From Candidatus Daviesbacteria bacterium (GTDB taxonomy: Bacteria; Patescibacteriota; Microgenomatia; Daviesbacterales; UBA10151), in the NCBI GenBank assembly GCA_030699125.1, contig JAUYKM010000011.1, positions 36,937 through 100,936 on the forward strand: a stretch of 64,000 bases of DNA. The letters are read 5' to 3'. Below, piece after piece: positions 28,698 through 41,001 of the stretch (its first letter is position 1; every line of letters starts with the position of its first letter). Made by a program: the position numbers and the translations under genes. The notes under the pieces were generated by a model. It saw only the letters and a program-made list of their open reading frames with translations, searched no databases and was not told the DNA's origin.

Positions 28698-29491
28698 TGG
28701 GAATTAGAATTAAGCTATTAGAATCAAGAATTAAGCTTTTTAGTGCGCTACTTGTTATGATGCTTTATTCTTTATTCTTACCGCTTACTGCCCCTGTCTT
28801 TGCCCAGCAGGCTACCCTGTCTGTTTCTCCTTATGATGGAATTGTCAATAGAGGTTGTAATTTTTCCCTGGATATTAGACTTGATACCGGTGGTGCCCAG
28901 ACTGATGGCACTGATGCTATTTTAAAGTATGATCCTTCCCGGCTTTCCGGCGTATCTATTATTTCCGGCGCCATCTATCCTGATTATCCGGGCAATAATA
29001 TTGATCAGCAAAACGGTAGGATTACTGTGTCCGGTTTGGCCTCGGTCACGCAACCCTTTACCGGTCAGGGGGTTTTGGCAACTGTTAATTTTAGAGTAGC
29101 TGATAATGCTCCCGCCGGACTTACCCAGGTGACCTTTGATTTTGATCCTCAGAATAAAAGTAAAACTACAGATTCAAATGTGGTGCAAAGACAGACTGTG
29201 GTAGATATTTTAAATTCGGTGGTAAACGGTAATTATACTGTTGGTACTGGAACGTGTGGTGGTGGAACAGGAGTGAGCGGATCAACAGACCCAACAGCAA
29301 CAGGAACTGGAACAGGAACCGGAACAGGAACCGGGTCTCAAGGCGGCGGAACTATCGGCTCATCTACCCCATCCGGTCAAATTATTTATAAAACTTTACC
29401 TCAAGGAGGAACTGCCGAGTTGACAGCCACTCTGGTAATTGTGGGATCAATTCTGACTGTTTTGGGAATAATGGGACTGGCACTGCTTTAG
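28694..29491 (+). CDS. Cohesin-like domain protein (paralog 2) with (GT)n linker and C-terminal LPQGG + hydrophobic anchor
   Basis: Signal peptide, GRITVSGLA...ATVNFRVA, GTGTGTGTGTG linker, and KTLPQGGTAELTATLVIVGSILTVLGIMGLALL tail. Confidence 0.4.
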   Translation: MMGIRIKLLESRIKLFSALLVMMLYSLFLPLTAPVFAQQATLSVSPYDGIVNRGCNFSLDIRLDTGGAQTDGTDAILKYDPSRLSGVSIISGAIYPDYPGNNIDQQNGRITVSGLASVTQPFTGQGVLATVNFRVADNAPAGLTQVTFDFDPQNKSKTTDSNVVQRQTVVDILNSVVNGNYTVGTGTCGGGTGVSGSTDPTATGTGTGTGTGTGSQGGGTIGSSTPSGQIIYKTLPQGGTAELTATLVIVGSILTVLGIMGLALL

Positions 29492-29493
29492 AC

Positions 29494-30411
29494 ATGCAAC
29501 TTTCTACCCTTATAACTGACTTTTTGGAATATCTGGAACTGGAGCGGAATGCTTCACAACTAACCATTAAAAACTATGACCATTATCTAAAGCGCTTCCA
29601 AGATTTCACAGGCGAAATTGATCCCAAAGATATTGATCTGAATTTGATCAGAAAATACCGCTTGTATCTTTCCCGCTGGAGCGATCCATTAACCAAAAAG
29701 CCTTTAAAAAGAATCACTCAGAATTATTTTATGATTGCTCTAAGAGCTTTTTTAAAATACTTAGCCTGGAAAGATATCGCCACTCTCTCAGCTGAAAAAG
29801 TGGAATTGGGAGAGCAGGATCCCAGACCTTTAAAAATTCTGGACGAGGTAGCGCTTAAGCAGCTTTTGGATGCTCCGGATGTATCAAAAAAAGATGGCAT
29901 AAGAGATAGAGCCATACTGGAAACTTTATTTTCCACCGGGCTGAGGGTGTCTGAGTTAGCATCTCTAAATACAGATACTATTAATTTAGGAAGACGCGAG
30001 TTTGGCATAATTGGCAAGGGCGGAAAGGAACGGGTGGTGTTTATATCTGATGTTGCTGCTTCTTGGTTGGAAAAATATCTTAACGTGAGAAAAGATACAT
30101 TCAAGCCTTTATTTATCAGGTTTCAAGGTAAAGTAGACCCTGCTGAGAGTGGTGAGGCCATGAGGCTTACTTCCCGCTCCATTGAGCGGATTGTGGAAAA
30201 ATACGTTAAAAAGTTAGGCTTGAGTGTTAAAGCTACACCGCATACCCTACGTCACTCATTTGCCACAGATTTACTGATTAACGGAGCAGATATCCGCTCA
30301 GTACAAGAGATGTTGGGTCATTCTAATATTGCTACCACCCAAATTTATACCCATGTCACTAATGCCCATTTAAAAGATGTCCACAAAGCTTTCCACTCAG
30401 GCAATAAATAA
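29494..30411 (+). CDS. xerD: Tyrosine recombinase XerD/XerC
   Basis: N-terminal FLEYLELERNASQLTIKNY and C-terminal HTLRHSFATDLLINGADIRSVQEMLGHSNIATTQIYTHV. Confidence 0.85.
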   Translation: MQLSTLITDFLEYLELERNASQLTIKNYDHYLKRFQDFTGEIDPKDIDLNLIRKYRLYLSRWSDPLTKKPLKRITQNYFMIALRAFLKYLAWKDIATLSAEKVELGEQDPRPLKILDEVALKQLLDAPDVSKKDGIRDRAILETLFSTGLRVSELASLNTDTINLGRREFGIIGKGGKERVVFISDVAASWLEKYLNVRKDTFKPLFIRFQGKVDPAESGEAMRLTSRSIERIVEKYVKKLGLSVKATPHTLRHSFATDLLINGADIRSVQEMLGHSNIATTQIYTHVTNAHLKDVHKAFHSGNK

Positions 30412-30418
30412 TAGAGCT

Positions 30419-30778
30419 CTATTTCAGCTTAAGTTTGGCCAAATCACCCAATAACATGGACAGGGCTGTTGCCACAACCGATAAAACTACTGCTGCTAAA
30501 ATAGCCGGTACAAAACCGGCAATGGTAATCCCCGGTACAAAATAAGCCACAATATATAGCATCAAAGCATTGATGACAAAAGCAAACAACCCCAGACTGA
30601 TAATAGTCAATGGAGCTGTAATAAAGGCCAAAACCGGCCTGATAAAGGTATTAACAATTCCCAATACTATGGCAGCTAAGAGGGCTGTGGTGAAATCAGC
30701 CACCTCAAATCCTGGAACAACATAGGCAGTGACAATTAAAGCCAAAGCGTTAAGTGCCAAGGCTACAATAATTTGCAA
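30419..30778 (-). CDS. PF04020 (Phage_holin_4_2/DUF360) family 4-TM membrane protein
   Basis: LALIVTAYVVPGFEVADFTTALLAAIVLGIVNTFIRPVL pattern is typical of this family. Confidence 0.7.
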   Translation of the reverse strand: MQIIVALALNALALIVTAYVVPGFEVADFTTALLAAIVLGIVNTFIRPVLAFITAPLTIISLGLFAFVINALMLYIVAYFVPGITIAGFVPAILAAVVLSVVATALSMLLGDLAKLKLK

Positions 30779-30880
30779 ATCTTCTCACCTCCTTTTTGTT
30801 TTGGATATATCTTAATTATTGGATTAAAAAATTGGGGATGTCAAGTTGACTAATTCTTCTGATGGTATACAATTTAAGAT

Positions 30881-31396
30881 ATGGAAAGTCAAGAGGGTCC
30901 GCCCCAAGGGAAAACTGGAGTCATCAAAAGAATAGGTGAAGGTTTAAGAAGTTTTAGAAGTTATTTAAAAGAAGTCACAACATTTAACTACCAAATGCCT
31001 CTAGAGGAAATTAACGATCAATCTGTGGCAGAATCGATTCGAACAGGTATTTGGCTTGAAGGAATGAGGATAGGTATTGATAGAAGTGATCAACTATTCT
31101 CAGTAACCACCATTTTGAATCAGATACATCAAAAAGGGACCCCAGACATGTTAGGACGAGATAAATATAGGAGGGAACTTCCGCTAAAAAGGGAAGCTGT
31201 CCAAAAAATATTGTCAAATTGGGTGAATGAAGACATCGTGGAAATGGAACATCGCCCGCAACCTGATGCAGCGGGAGATGTTATTTTTTATACGGTGAAA
31301 GATAAGGCTGCTTTTAGAAGAATATCCCAGGGTGATCAAATAGGCTTGCCTGTCAAACCAAAGGTGAGAAGATCTCCTAAAAATCCCCCCATCTGA
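30881..31396 (+). CDS. Hypothetical protein
   Basis: ORF with a promoter-like TTGACT-16-TACAAT upstream. Confidence 0.35.
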   Translation: MESQEGPPQGKTGVIKRIGEGLRSFRSYLKEVTTFNYQMPLEEINDQSVAESIRTGIWLEGMRIGIDRSDQLFSVTTILNQIHQKGTPDMLGRDKYRRELPLKREAVQKILSNWVNEDIVEMEHRPQPDAAGDVIFYTVKDKAAFRRISQGDQIGLPVKPKVRRSPKNPPI

Positions 31397-31545
31397 AACG
31401 GCCAGGTTAAAATAACGCTATAAAAATTGGGAGATAAAAATGACAAAAATGGCCACTTATAATAAAGAGCAAACAGGGCGGCAAAAATAAATCCCGCTAT
31501 AAAATAAATAATGGCAATTGAGGAGATGATTTTTTCTTTGCTCAT
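31336..31545 (-). CDS. Small membrane protein downstream of gyrA
   Basis: ATGA-coupled to the gyrA stop; two hydrophobic helices. Confidence 0.35.
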   Translation of the reverse strand: MSKEKIISSIAIIYFIAGFIFAALFALYYKWPFLSFLSPNFYSVILTWPFQMGGFLGDLLTFGLTGKPI

Positions 31546-34106
31546 TCTACTCTTTCTTTTGATGAAACTACTGTGGCTGCAGCCACCTTTTCTCCGTCTC
31601 TCACCCTCATCAGAATCACCCCTTGTGTTTGTCTTTGCAGAGTTGGTACTTGTTTAAGATCCATCTTTATCAGCTGACCTTTGGTGGAGGTTAAAACTAA
31701 AATATCCATATTTTCATCAATGACCTTGGCTGTGACAATCTCGCCTGTTTTAGCAGTGATTTGGGCGGCTTTAACTCCCTGTCCTCCCCTGCCCTGTTTA
31801 CTCCAAGAGGATGTTTTAGTTTTCTTGCCCAATCCTTTTTCCATCACTACCAAAAGTTCTCCTTCTTCCTTTTTTTTGATGATATTTAAAGAAACCACAC
31901 TATCATCTTTGCCTAATTTAATCCCCCTCACACCAGATGTATCTCTGTGAGTTGATTTGACTCCAGCTTCTGAGAATCTGATGCTTTTTCCCATTCTGGA
32001 GACAATGATAATATCATCAGTGCTACTAGTTGGTTGAACCCATCCTAATATGTCGCCAGCATCCAATTTAATAGCCACCAACCCGTTTCTTCTGATGTTG
32101 GCATATTCACCTAAAGTGGTTTTTTTGACAGTGCCTCTTCCCGTACACATGAAGAAGAATTTAGACTCGGTTTCCTTCTCTCTTCGGGTTAGGACTGCAG
32201 TCACCTTTTCACTCTGTTCAACGCTAATTAAGTTAACAATGGCCTGACCCTTAGCTGCTCTTTGGGTTTCCGGAATATCCCAAACCTTAATCTGAAATAC
32301 CCTGCCCCTGTCAGTGAAAAAAAGAATATTGTCATGAGTCTGGGTATAGAAAATATGGGAAACAGCATCGGTTTCCTTGGTGGATATTCCCATCACCCCT
32401 TTGCCTCCTCTTGCCTGAGTTCGGAAAGAGTGAGGAGATTGGCGTTTAATATAGCCTCCTTCGGTGATGGTGACAATAGTCACCTCATTAGGCACTAAAT
32501 CCTCTTCAGAGAACTCCCCCACTTTTTGTTTATAAACCCGGGTTCTCCTGTCATCTGCATACTTTTCTTTAATCTTGATGAGTTCATCCTTAACAACTTT
32601 AAGAATCTTTTCCGGATGAGCTAGAAGGTCCTCAAGATAAGCTATTGTTTCCCTGACCATTTTCAACTCATCTTCTATTTTTTGTCGCTCCAGTGCAGCC
32701 AGCCTCCTTAGCTGCATGTCCAAAATAGCCACAGATTGAATTTCGGTTAATTCAAACTTCTTCATCAAATTAATCTTAGCCTCTTCGGAATCTTTGGACT
32801 TCTTGATAGTTTCAATTACAGCATCAATTGAATCAACGGCAATTTTTAATCCTTCTAAAATATGTTCACGCGAGCGGGCCTCCGAAAGTTCAAACTCCGA
32901 TCTTCTCACGATAACTATCTGTCTGTGGTGAATAAATTGCTCCAGGATATGTTTGAGAGTTAACAGATGAGGCACGCCGTCTGAGAGCGCCACCAGATTA
33001 ACATTAAAAACCGACTGCATGGCAGTGTATTTATAAAGGCTGTTTAAAATAGACTGGGGTCTGCCGTCTCTTTTGAGATCAAAAACAATCCTCACCATCT
33101 GTTTTCTGTCTGACTCATCCCTGATATCAGCAATCCCCTCTAACTTTTTATCTTTAACCAATTCGGCAATTCTGGCAATTAAAGTGGCTTTATTAACCTG
33201 ATATGGTAGTTCTGAAACGATAATTTGCATTTTACCTTGTGCTGTTTCATCAATCTCGGCCTTTGCTCTCATCACAATTCTGCCCTTGCCTGTAGCATAA
33301 GCTGCCAAAATTTCGGATTGGTCATAAATTGAGCCTCCTGTGGGAAAATCAGGACCCTTAATGTGTTGAATGAGATCCTCCACAGTGGCTTCAGACTGGA
33401 AAACACTGTCATTGCGAGGACCCTGTACCATTACGGTACTGGGGGACGAAGCAATCTCTTTATCCGGGCCAGATTGCTTCGCTTCGCTCGCAATGACGGA
33501 TTTTGTTGGATGTTCTATCATGTAGATTAACCCGTCACATACCTCCCCCAAATTATGAGGTGGGATTTGGGTGGCCATGCCTACAGCAATACCAGAGGCT
33601 CCATTTAAGAGTAAGTTGGGTATAACCGATGGCAAGACCACCGGTTCTTGTGTAGTTCCGGAATAGTTATCAATAAAATTAACTGTGTTTTTGGAAATAT
33701 CCCGTAGTAACTCATCAGAGATGACAGCCAGTCTGGCTTCGGTATAGCGCATAGCAGCTGGAGAATCCCCATCTATCGAGCCGAAATTTCCCTGTCCGTC
33801 AATCAGCATATATCTCATGGAGAAATTTTGAGCCATTCTGACCATCGCCTCATAAACCGGAGCATCTCCGTGTGGGTGCAAATTTTTCAAAACCTCACCT
33901 ACCACTGCCGCAGACTTTTGATATCTAGATGTATGGTGAAGGCCTTGCTCATGCATGGCATAGATGATTCTTCTTTGAACCGGTTTTAAGCCGTCTCGGA
34001 CATCAGGCAGAGCCCGGGAAACAATTACAGACATGGCATAGTCAAGGTATGACCTTTGCATCTCTTCTATGATGGGTGTTATTTGAATTTTGCCGATATT
34101 ACTCAT
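31542..34106 (-). CDS. gyrA: DNA gyrase subunit A
   Basis: Full-length GyrA with the active-site Tyr region (AAMRYTE), GPDFPTGG, and C-terminal beta-pinwheel repeats. Carries an in-frame ~100-nt palindromic insertion. Confidence 0.95.
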   Translation of the reverse strand: MSNIGKIQITPIIEEMQRSYLDYAMSVIVSRALPDVRDGLKPVQRRIIYAMHEQGLHHTSRYQKSAAVVGEVLKNLHPHGDAPVYEAMVRMAQNFSMRYMLIDGQGNFGSIDGDSPAAMRYTEARLAVISDELLRDISKNTVNFIDNYSGTTQEPVVLPSVIPNLLLNGASGIAVGMATQIPPHNLGEVCDGLIYMIEHPTKSVIASEAKQSGPDKEIASSPSTVMVQGPRNDSVFQSEATVEDLIQHIKGPDFPTGGSIYDQSEILAAYATGKGRIVMRAKAEIDETAQGKMQIIVSELPYQVNKATLIARIAELVKDKKLEGIADIRDESDRKQMVRIVFDLKRDGRPQSILNSLYKYTAMQSVFNVNLVALSDGVPHLLTLKHILEQFIHHRQIVIVRRSEFELSEARSREHILEGLKIAVDSIDAVIETIKKSKDSEEAKINLMKKFELTEIQSVAILDMQLRRLAALERQKIEDELKMVRETIAYLEDLLAHPEKILKVVKDELIKIKEKYADDRRTRVYKQKVGEFSEEDLVPNEVTIVTITEGGYIKRQSPHSFRTQARGGKGVMGISTKETDAVSHIFYTQTHDNILFFTDRGRVFQIKVWDIPETQRAAKGQAIVNLISVEQSEKVTAVLTRREKETESKFFFMCTGRGTVKKTTLGEYANIRRNGLVAIKLDAGDILGWVQPTSSTDDIIIVSRMGKSIRFSEAGVKSTHRDTSGVRGIKLGKDDSVVSLNIIKKKEEGELLVVMEKGLGKKTKTSSWSKQGRGGQGVKAAQITAKTGEIVTAKVIDENMDILVLTSTKGQLIKMDLKQVPTLQRQTQGVILMRVRDGEKVAAATVVSSKERVE
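33411..33507. repeat. Family-B nested GC-rich palindromic element inserted in frame in gyrA (encodes [31 protein letters not shown])
   Basis: Outer arms CATTGCGAG/CTCGCAATG and inner arms CGAAGCAATCT/AGATTGCTTCG. Region is ~34 aa longer than E. coli GyrA between the HNL and GPDFPT motifs. Confidence 0.6.
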
Positions 34107-34189
34107 AAAGAAGCATGAAAAAAGAGCTTATCGCTCCCCTAAATTATACCTTTTTTAGCCTACCTTAAGCAAGAGGACTTTTTAAAATT

Positions 34190-34984
34190 ATGCTATACTT
34201 TGGTCAAATGAACACATACCCTCAATTACCAGCTGGGCGGCCTGAAAGGGAGGTTGGTTTTTCTAGGGAGGTACATGGAGAGGCCAATACAAGGGAGGAA
34301 GTAACTCTTCTAGGTATCCAGCAGGATATTCTACAGAAGGCTTGTGATTTTGTGGCTAAAGTAGATGATATAAATCCTTTTAATATGGTATTTACAGATG
34401 GATTTAATGGAGAAATAGCTAGAGTTGCTATTCTACGGTTTCTGGGATTGATGGATATACCTAAAAGTGCACTTTATCTGCAAGGAGTAAGAATTGGTCA
34501 GGATGAACTAATCCGCCAGAGTATAGAGAGTTACTCCTCTAATCGTTCTTTTCAAGAAGGAGTTAGAGCGTCAAAAGGTATACTGGCAAGTTTAACCCCA
34601 TTTATTGTTAGTTCAAAGGAGCTAAAGGCCACAAACCAACATGGTCAAATTCAGCTAGGAATCTATTGGTTCCCTGTTGATTATGTCAAATATGAATTGG
34701 AGAAAGACCCTACAGGACTATCCTTTATGCAAACACTTAGGCTTCGAGGATTAAATACTGATCAGGACCAGGGACTTTCAATGATAGCTGATATGTATAC
34801 TGGTGCGCATACTTTCTTTACAGATATGGAGCTGGATAAGATTGTTAGAGTGCGTAGATATGACGCTTATTATGTAAATGAAGTTTTTTTAAAGCAGGTA
34901 GATGATCTAATAACTAAGTTAAAACCACCTGAGCCGGATTTACAGATGGAGGATCCTAAGCTTTTTTCAAAGCTGACTTTATAA
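34190..34984 (+). CDS. Hypothetical protein
   Basis: 264-aa ORF; no recognised motif. Confidence 0.4.
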   Translation: MLYFGQMNTYPQLPAGRPEREVGFSREVHGEANTREEVTLLGIQQDILQKACDFVAKVDDINPFNMVFTDGFNGEIARVAILRFLGLMDIPKSALYLQGVRIGQDELIRQSIESYSSNRSFQEGVRASKGILASLTPFIVSSKELKATNQHGQIQLGIYWFPVDYVKYELEKDPTGLSFMQTLRLRGLNTDQDQGLSMIADMYTGAHTFFTDMELDKIVRVRRYDAYYVNEVFLKQVDDLITKLKPPEPDLQMEDPKLFSKLTL

Positions 34985-35053
34985 TTTTATCCAAAAGTTT
35001 GGGAAAGGAAATTCTTCTTTCAGAAGATGAGCCACCAGTAATAACTAATACTT

Positions 35054-36388
35054 TCATTTAAAAACTTTTTGGACAGCCTCATTAAATTTTCTTCCCCTGT
35101 CAAATTCGTTTTGGAATAAATTAAAGGAGGTGGCAGCTGGAGAAAATAGGACTATGTCACCTGGTTTAACTTCAGCCTTTACATCAGATAGCAACTTTTC
35201 GAGATCATTATAGAGACCAAATATTTGAACCTGCAAACCGGGTTTGTAGCTTCGTATTAGGTCAGTAGCGTCTCCTTCCAGGAAAAAAACTTTTTTACAA
35301 TTTTTACTGACAACTTTGGTGAATGCTTTATAATCCATTCCTTTATTCATCCCCCCACAGACTAAAACTACGTTCCCACTTCCGATATGGGAAGCTGTTT
35401 TTATGGCCTGGATACCTGCTTCAGGAGAAGTGGCTGTGGTGTCATTGATGATTTTTACACCATTCCATGTTTTTATAAGTTCCATCCTAAACGGAACACC
35501 CTTAAATTTGGCCATCGTTTGCAATGCCTGCCTTTGTGGAATTTTAAAAATCTTTGCCACTGATAAAGCTGCTGCTATATTTTCCCGATTATGTTGTCCT
35601 AATAAGTTTGGATGAAAGTCTTTGGGTAAATCATCAGCTGAAAAATAAATAATTTGACCCTTTAATCCTTTTAAGAAATGATTTTTAGTAGTTACTGGTT
35701 CATTTTTTCTTAAGAATAAGAAATCTTGTGCAGTCTGATACTTACCAATAATTCTTTTGGCAGCAACATACTCCTTCATGTTGGAGTAATAATTAAGGTG
35801 ATCCGGAGTGATGTTTGTTATTACCGCCCACCTGGGAGAAACTCCATGTTTATCAAATGCTTCCAGTTGAAACGATGATATCTCCAAAGCCACCAAAGAG
35901 TTTGGGCTAACATGTTTAGTAATGTCTAAAACACTTTTACCAATGTTTCCAGCCACTATTACATCTTCCCCCCCTGCTTTGAGAGTCTCAAATATTAATG
36001 AGGTAGTGGTGGATTTGCCTTTGGTACCTGTGACACCAATAATTTGTGAAGGGTTAACATGCTCCAAAAATATTCCCATATCCATCTCCACTCTTTTCCC
36101 GATTTTGGTGGCATATTCAATGTATGAGTTATTAGGTTTTACAGCTGGGTTTTTAATGATCAAATCAGCCCAGTCAATATCCTTATTTTCATGTTCACCT
36201 AATGTGTATTCAATATCGGGAAACCTTTTGAGTTTATCAATTGATGGCTTCAAAACTTTAGCATTCTTTAAATCGGTTATCCTCACCCGGGCACCCAAAG
36301 ATGCAAAAAACCTGGTAGATCCCACTCCTCCTTCATTTAATCCTAGCCCGAAGATAAGGACTTTTTTATTCTTAAACTTATTATCCAT
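35054..36388 (-). CDS. murD: UDP-N-acetylmuramoylalanine--D-glutamate ligase
   Basis: GTKGKSTTTSLI P-loop and Mur ligase domains. In-frame family-A element at 35372-35394. Confidence 0.9.
   Translation of the reverse strand: MDNKFKNKKVLIFGLGLNEGGVGSTRFFASLGARVRITDLKNAKVLKPSIDKLKRFPDIEYTLGEHENKDIDWADLIIKNPAVKPNNSYIEYATKIGKRVEMDMGIFLEHVNPSQIIGVTGTKGKSTTTSLIFETLKAGGEDVIVAGNIGKSVLDITKHVSPNSLVALEISSFQLEAFDKHGVSPRWAVITNITPDHLNYYSNMKEYVAAKRIIGKYQTAQDFLFLRKNEPVTTKNHFLKGLKGQIIYFSADDLPKDFHPNLLGQHNRENIAAALSVAKIFKIPQRQALQTMAKFKGVPFRMELIKTWNGVKIINDTTATSPEAGIQAIKTASHIGSGNVVLVCGGMNKGMDYKAFTKVVSKNCKKVFFLEGDATDLIRSYKPGLQVQIFGLYNDLEKLLSDVKAEVKPGDIVLFSPAATSFNLFQNEFDRGRKFNEAVQKVFK
35372..35394. repeat. Family-A palindromic element in frame in murD (encodes ASHIGSGN)
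   Basis: TTCCCACTTCCGATATGGGAAGC on the + strand. Confidence 0.6.
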
Positions 36389-36402
36389 GGTATGTTATTA
36401 TA

Positions 36403-37214
36403 TCGCCCATATGAATAACAATCCAATCGGCGTTTTTGATTCCGGCATTGGCGGTTTAACCGTGGTGAAAGCCATAACTGAAAAACTTCCCCATGAAAGC
36501 ATCATCTATTTAGGGGATACTGCCAGAGTACCTTATGGTACCAGATCCAAAGAAATTATCACCAAATTCGCTCTCGATTTAGCTCAATTTCTGATCAAAA
36601 GAAAAGTTAAATTTTTGGTAGTTGCTTGTAATACTATTTCAGCTGTAGCCTACGATGCTATAAAAAATTCATCTCCGGTACCCATTATAGGAGTAATTAC
36701 CCCGGCTGTAATTCAAGCATCAAGGGTTAGCAAAAATGGCAAGATCGGTGTGATTGGAACTGTTGGTACCATCAAAAGTGATACTTATGGAAAACTGATT
36801 AGGGTTCTTAATCCTGATGCCGAAGTTTATAGTGTGGCCTGTCCATTATTTGTTCCTTTAGCAGAAGAAGGTTTTGCAAATAACCTAATTAGCGAACTGG
36901 CGACTCAAGAGTATCTTAAAAGTTTAAAAAAAGCCAAAGTAGATACTTTAATTTTAGGTTGTACACATTATCCAATCCTTTATAAGGTGATACAAAGAGA
37001 AATGGGAAATCGAGTAAATTTAGTAGATTCATCACATACCACAGCAGAAATGCTGGAAAAAAGGTTAAAAAATTTAAAACTGTTGGGAAATAATACTCAT
37101 CCAAAATGGGAATTTTATGTCACGGATGCACCGGAAAGAGTTTATCAAGTGGCAGGCAGGTTTTTTGGAGAGGCTTTAAATGGTAAATTAAAGAAAATCA
37201 GTTTATCTGAATAA
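36403..37214 (+). CDS. murI: Glutamate racemase
   Basis: IGVFDSGIGGLTV and VVACNT(I)S motifs. Start chosen at MNNNP; the upstream extension overlaps murD. Confidence 0.85.
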
Positions 37215-38481
37215 ATTCTCTGGCCATTTTATCTATATCCCCTGCTCCCATAAAGAAAATAATTTCTCCACTTTGCACATGTAGTTTTAGCATTGGTAGG
37301 AGTTGATCCTTACTGTGATACACTAGAGTATCTCTGCCTACAGTATCTGCCAGTTGTTTAGATGTGATTAGTCCAGTATCTACTTCCCTGCTGGGATAAA
37401 TATCTGTAATAATGATTTTATCAACCGGGAGACTTTTAAAAACTCTGACAAAGTCATTAAATAGAACTTTGGTTCGGGAGAACATATGTGGTTCATATAT
37501 GAGGATAATTCTTTGATCAGGAAATTTTTCCCTGGCAGCTTGCATGGTTTTTTCAATTTCACTGGGGTGATGTCCAAAATCAGAATAAACTTTGGCTCCA
37601 TGGTAGGAGCCGATATACTCAAATCTTCTCCCTACCCCCTCATATTTGGACAAACTTTTCTTGATGGTTTGTGGATCAATTTTAAGTAGTAGTCCAACCT
37701 GGAGGGCAGCTTGAGCATTTAACCTATTAAACTGGCCAGGAATTTTTAGCTTAAAATCTATAGGTTTTTTAGAATAGTCTAAATTTGTATTGACACCCTT
37801 GGGGTGTACAGTCAAAATTTCAGAAACTACAAGGTCAGAAAGATTGGCGACAATTTTCTCTCTTGTTTGAGCCAAAAACTTTTTAAAGCTTTCTTTATAA
37901 GCTTCAAAATCCTTAAAATATTCCGGGTGGTCCATTTCAATATTGGTGACAACTGTAATCTCAGGATAGAGAGATAAAAAATTATCGTTAAATTCATCTG
38001 CCTCAATAACAAAATATTTAGGCTTCCCTGCCCTGTAATTTGCCTTCCACTTTGGGTATATTGCACCTAATAAAACAGTGGGATCTAACCCCGAGTCCTC
38101 CAGAATTTGAGCAATCATGGCTGTGGTGGTAGTTTTTCCATGTGTTCCGCATACAGCGATCACAAATTTATCTTTGACTAAATACTTCCCCACAAACTGT
38201 TGCCAGGTAAGGATGGGTATCCCCATTTTTTTTGCCTGCAATAACTCTGGATTTTGTGGATCTAAAGAAAAGATAGCAGGAGTAACTGTCAATAAATCTA
38301 GCTTCCCACTCGACATGTGGGAAGCTGAATGACCTTTTAAAAACTGGGAGGATTTAAATTGAGTGGTAAATTCATTATGAGGTTCAAGGTCACAGCCAGT
38401 TATTTCAAATCCTTGGGCTTGAGCAATGGCTGCCGCAGCAGATGCCCCGGATCCACCTATCCCCAAAAAATGCACTTTCAT
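37198..38481 (-). CDS. murC: UDP-N-acetylmuramate--L-alanine ligase
   Basis: HFLGIGGSG and AVCGTHGKTTTTAM motifs. In-frame family-A element at 38300-38326. Confidence 0.9.
   Translation of the reverse strand: MKVHFLGIGGSGASAAAAIAQAQGFEITGCDLEPHNEFTTQFKSSQFLKGHSASHMSSGKLDLLTVTPAIFSLDPQNPELLQAKKMGIPILTWQQFVGKYLVKDKFVIAVCGTHGKTTTTAMIAQILEDSGLDPTVLLGAIYPKWKANYRAGKPKYFVIEADEFNDNFLSLYPEITVVTNIEMDHPEYFKDFEAYKESFKKFLAQTREKIVANLSDLVVSEILTVHPKGVNTNLDYSKKPIDFKLKIPGQFNRLNAQAALQVGLLLKIDPQTIKKSLSKYEGVGRRFEYIGSYHGAKVYSDFGHHPSEIEKTMQAAREKFPDQRIILIYEPHMFSRTKVLFNDFVRVFKSLPVDKIIITDIYPSREVDTGLITSKQLADTVGRDTLVYHSKDQLLPMLKLHVQSGEIIFFMGAGDIDKMAREFIQIN
38300..38326. repeat. Family-A palindromic element, perfect 10-bp arms (AGCTTCCCAC-TCGACAT-GTGGGAAGCT), in frame in murC (encodes ASHMSSGK)
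   Basis: Direct reading of the sequence. Confidence 0.65.
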
Positions 38482-38534
38482 ATGAAGATTTTACTATATT
38501 AGGGAGTTTTTTTGGGGGGAAAATTGTCAGACCT

Positions 38535-38954
38535 CTACTGCTCGTCGCGAAATAAGCGTTCGAGTAGTCTTCTAACTCTTAAGGCTAATATTTGTGTTGA
38601 ACTATCTGATGCTGATTCTTGTTTTGAATAAACATCATCTATCACCCCACTATTTAATATTGAAGCAGCGGTTGCTTGATCTGCATTGGATCTGATTGTA
38701 ACCGCTGTATGCGGGAAAAGGCGTTTAATTTGTTCAGCTAGGGAGATGAGTTCCTCCACACTGGTGGACGGACTATGACTTAAACAGGTCATATGAAAAT
38801 CTGATTCAGGACCCATCAGAACCTCTAAAACCTGTGCATTTTCAGGAACCATCCTTAAGTCAATGTTTCCTGGCGGTGGTGTTAATTTACCGGAAAGGAT
38901 ATCTGAAATGTCAGGATTCTCCTCCACAATTAAAATTCTACGTGCTTTTTCTAC
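38535..38954 (-). CDS. Receiver-like (degenerate CheY fold) domain protein
   Basis: RILIVEENPDI...IDLRMVP pattern. Start moved to an internal Met to avoid overlap with gyrB. Confidence 0.35.
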   Translation of the reverse strand, partial: VEKARRILIVEENPDISDILSGKLTPPPGNIDLRMVPENAQVLEVLMGPESDFHMTCLSHSPSTSVEELISLAEQIKRLFPHTAVTIRSNADQATAASILNSGVIDDVYSKQESASDSSTQILALRVRRLLERLFRDEQ

Positions 38955-39000
38955 CATAAAATAATTATAGGATAAATTCTGGAAAATGTCAACTATGGGT

Positions 39001-40998
<1,998 letters not shown>

Positions 40999-41001
40999 TT
41001 A

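Noticed and set aside
35922-36402. Upstream 160-codon extension of the murI ORF
   Set aside because: The extension lies antisense within murD and has no glutamate-racemase homology. The canonical N-terminus MNNNPIGVFDSGIGGLTV begins at 36403.
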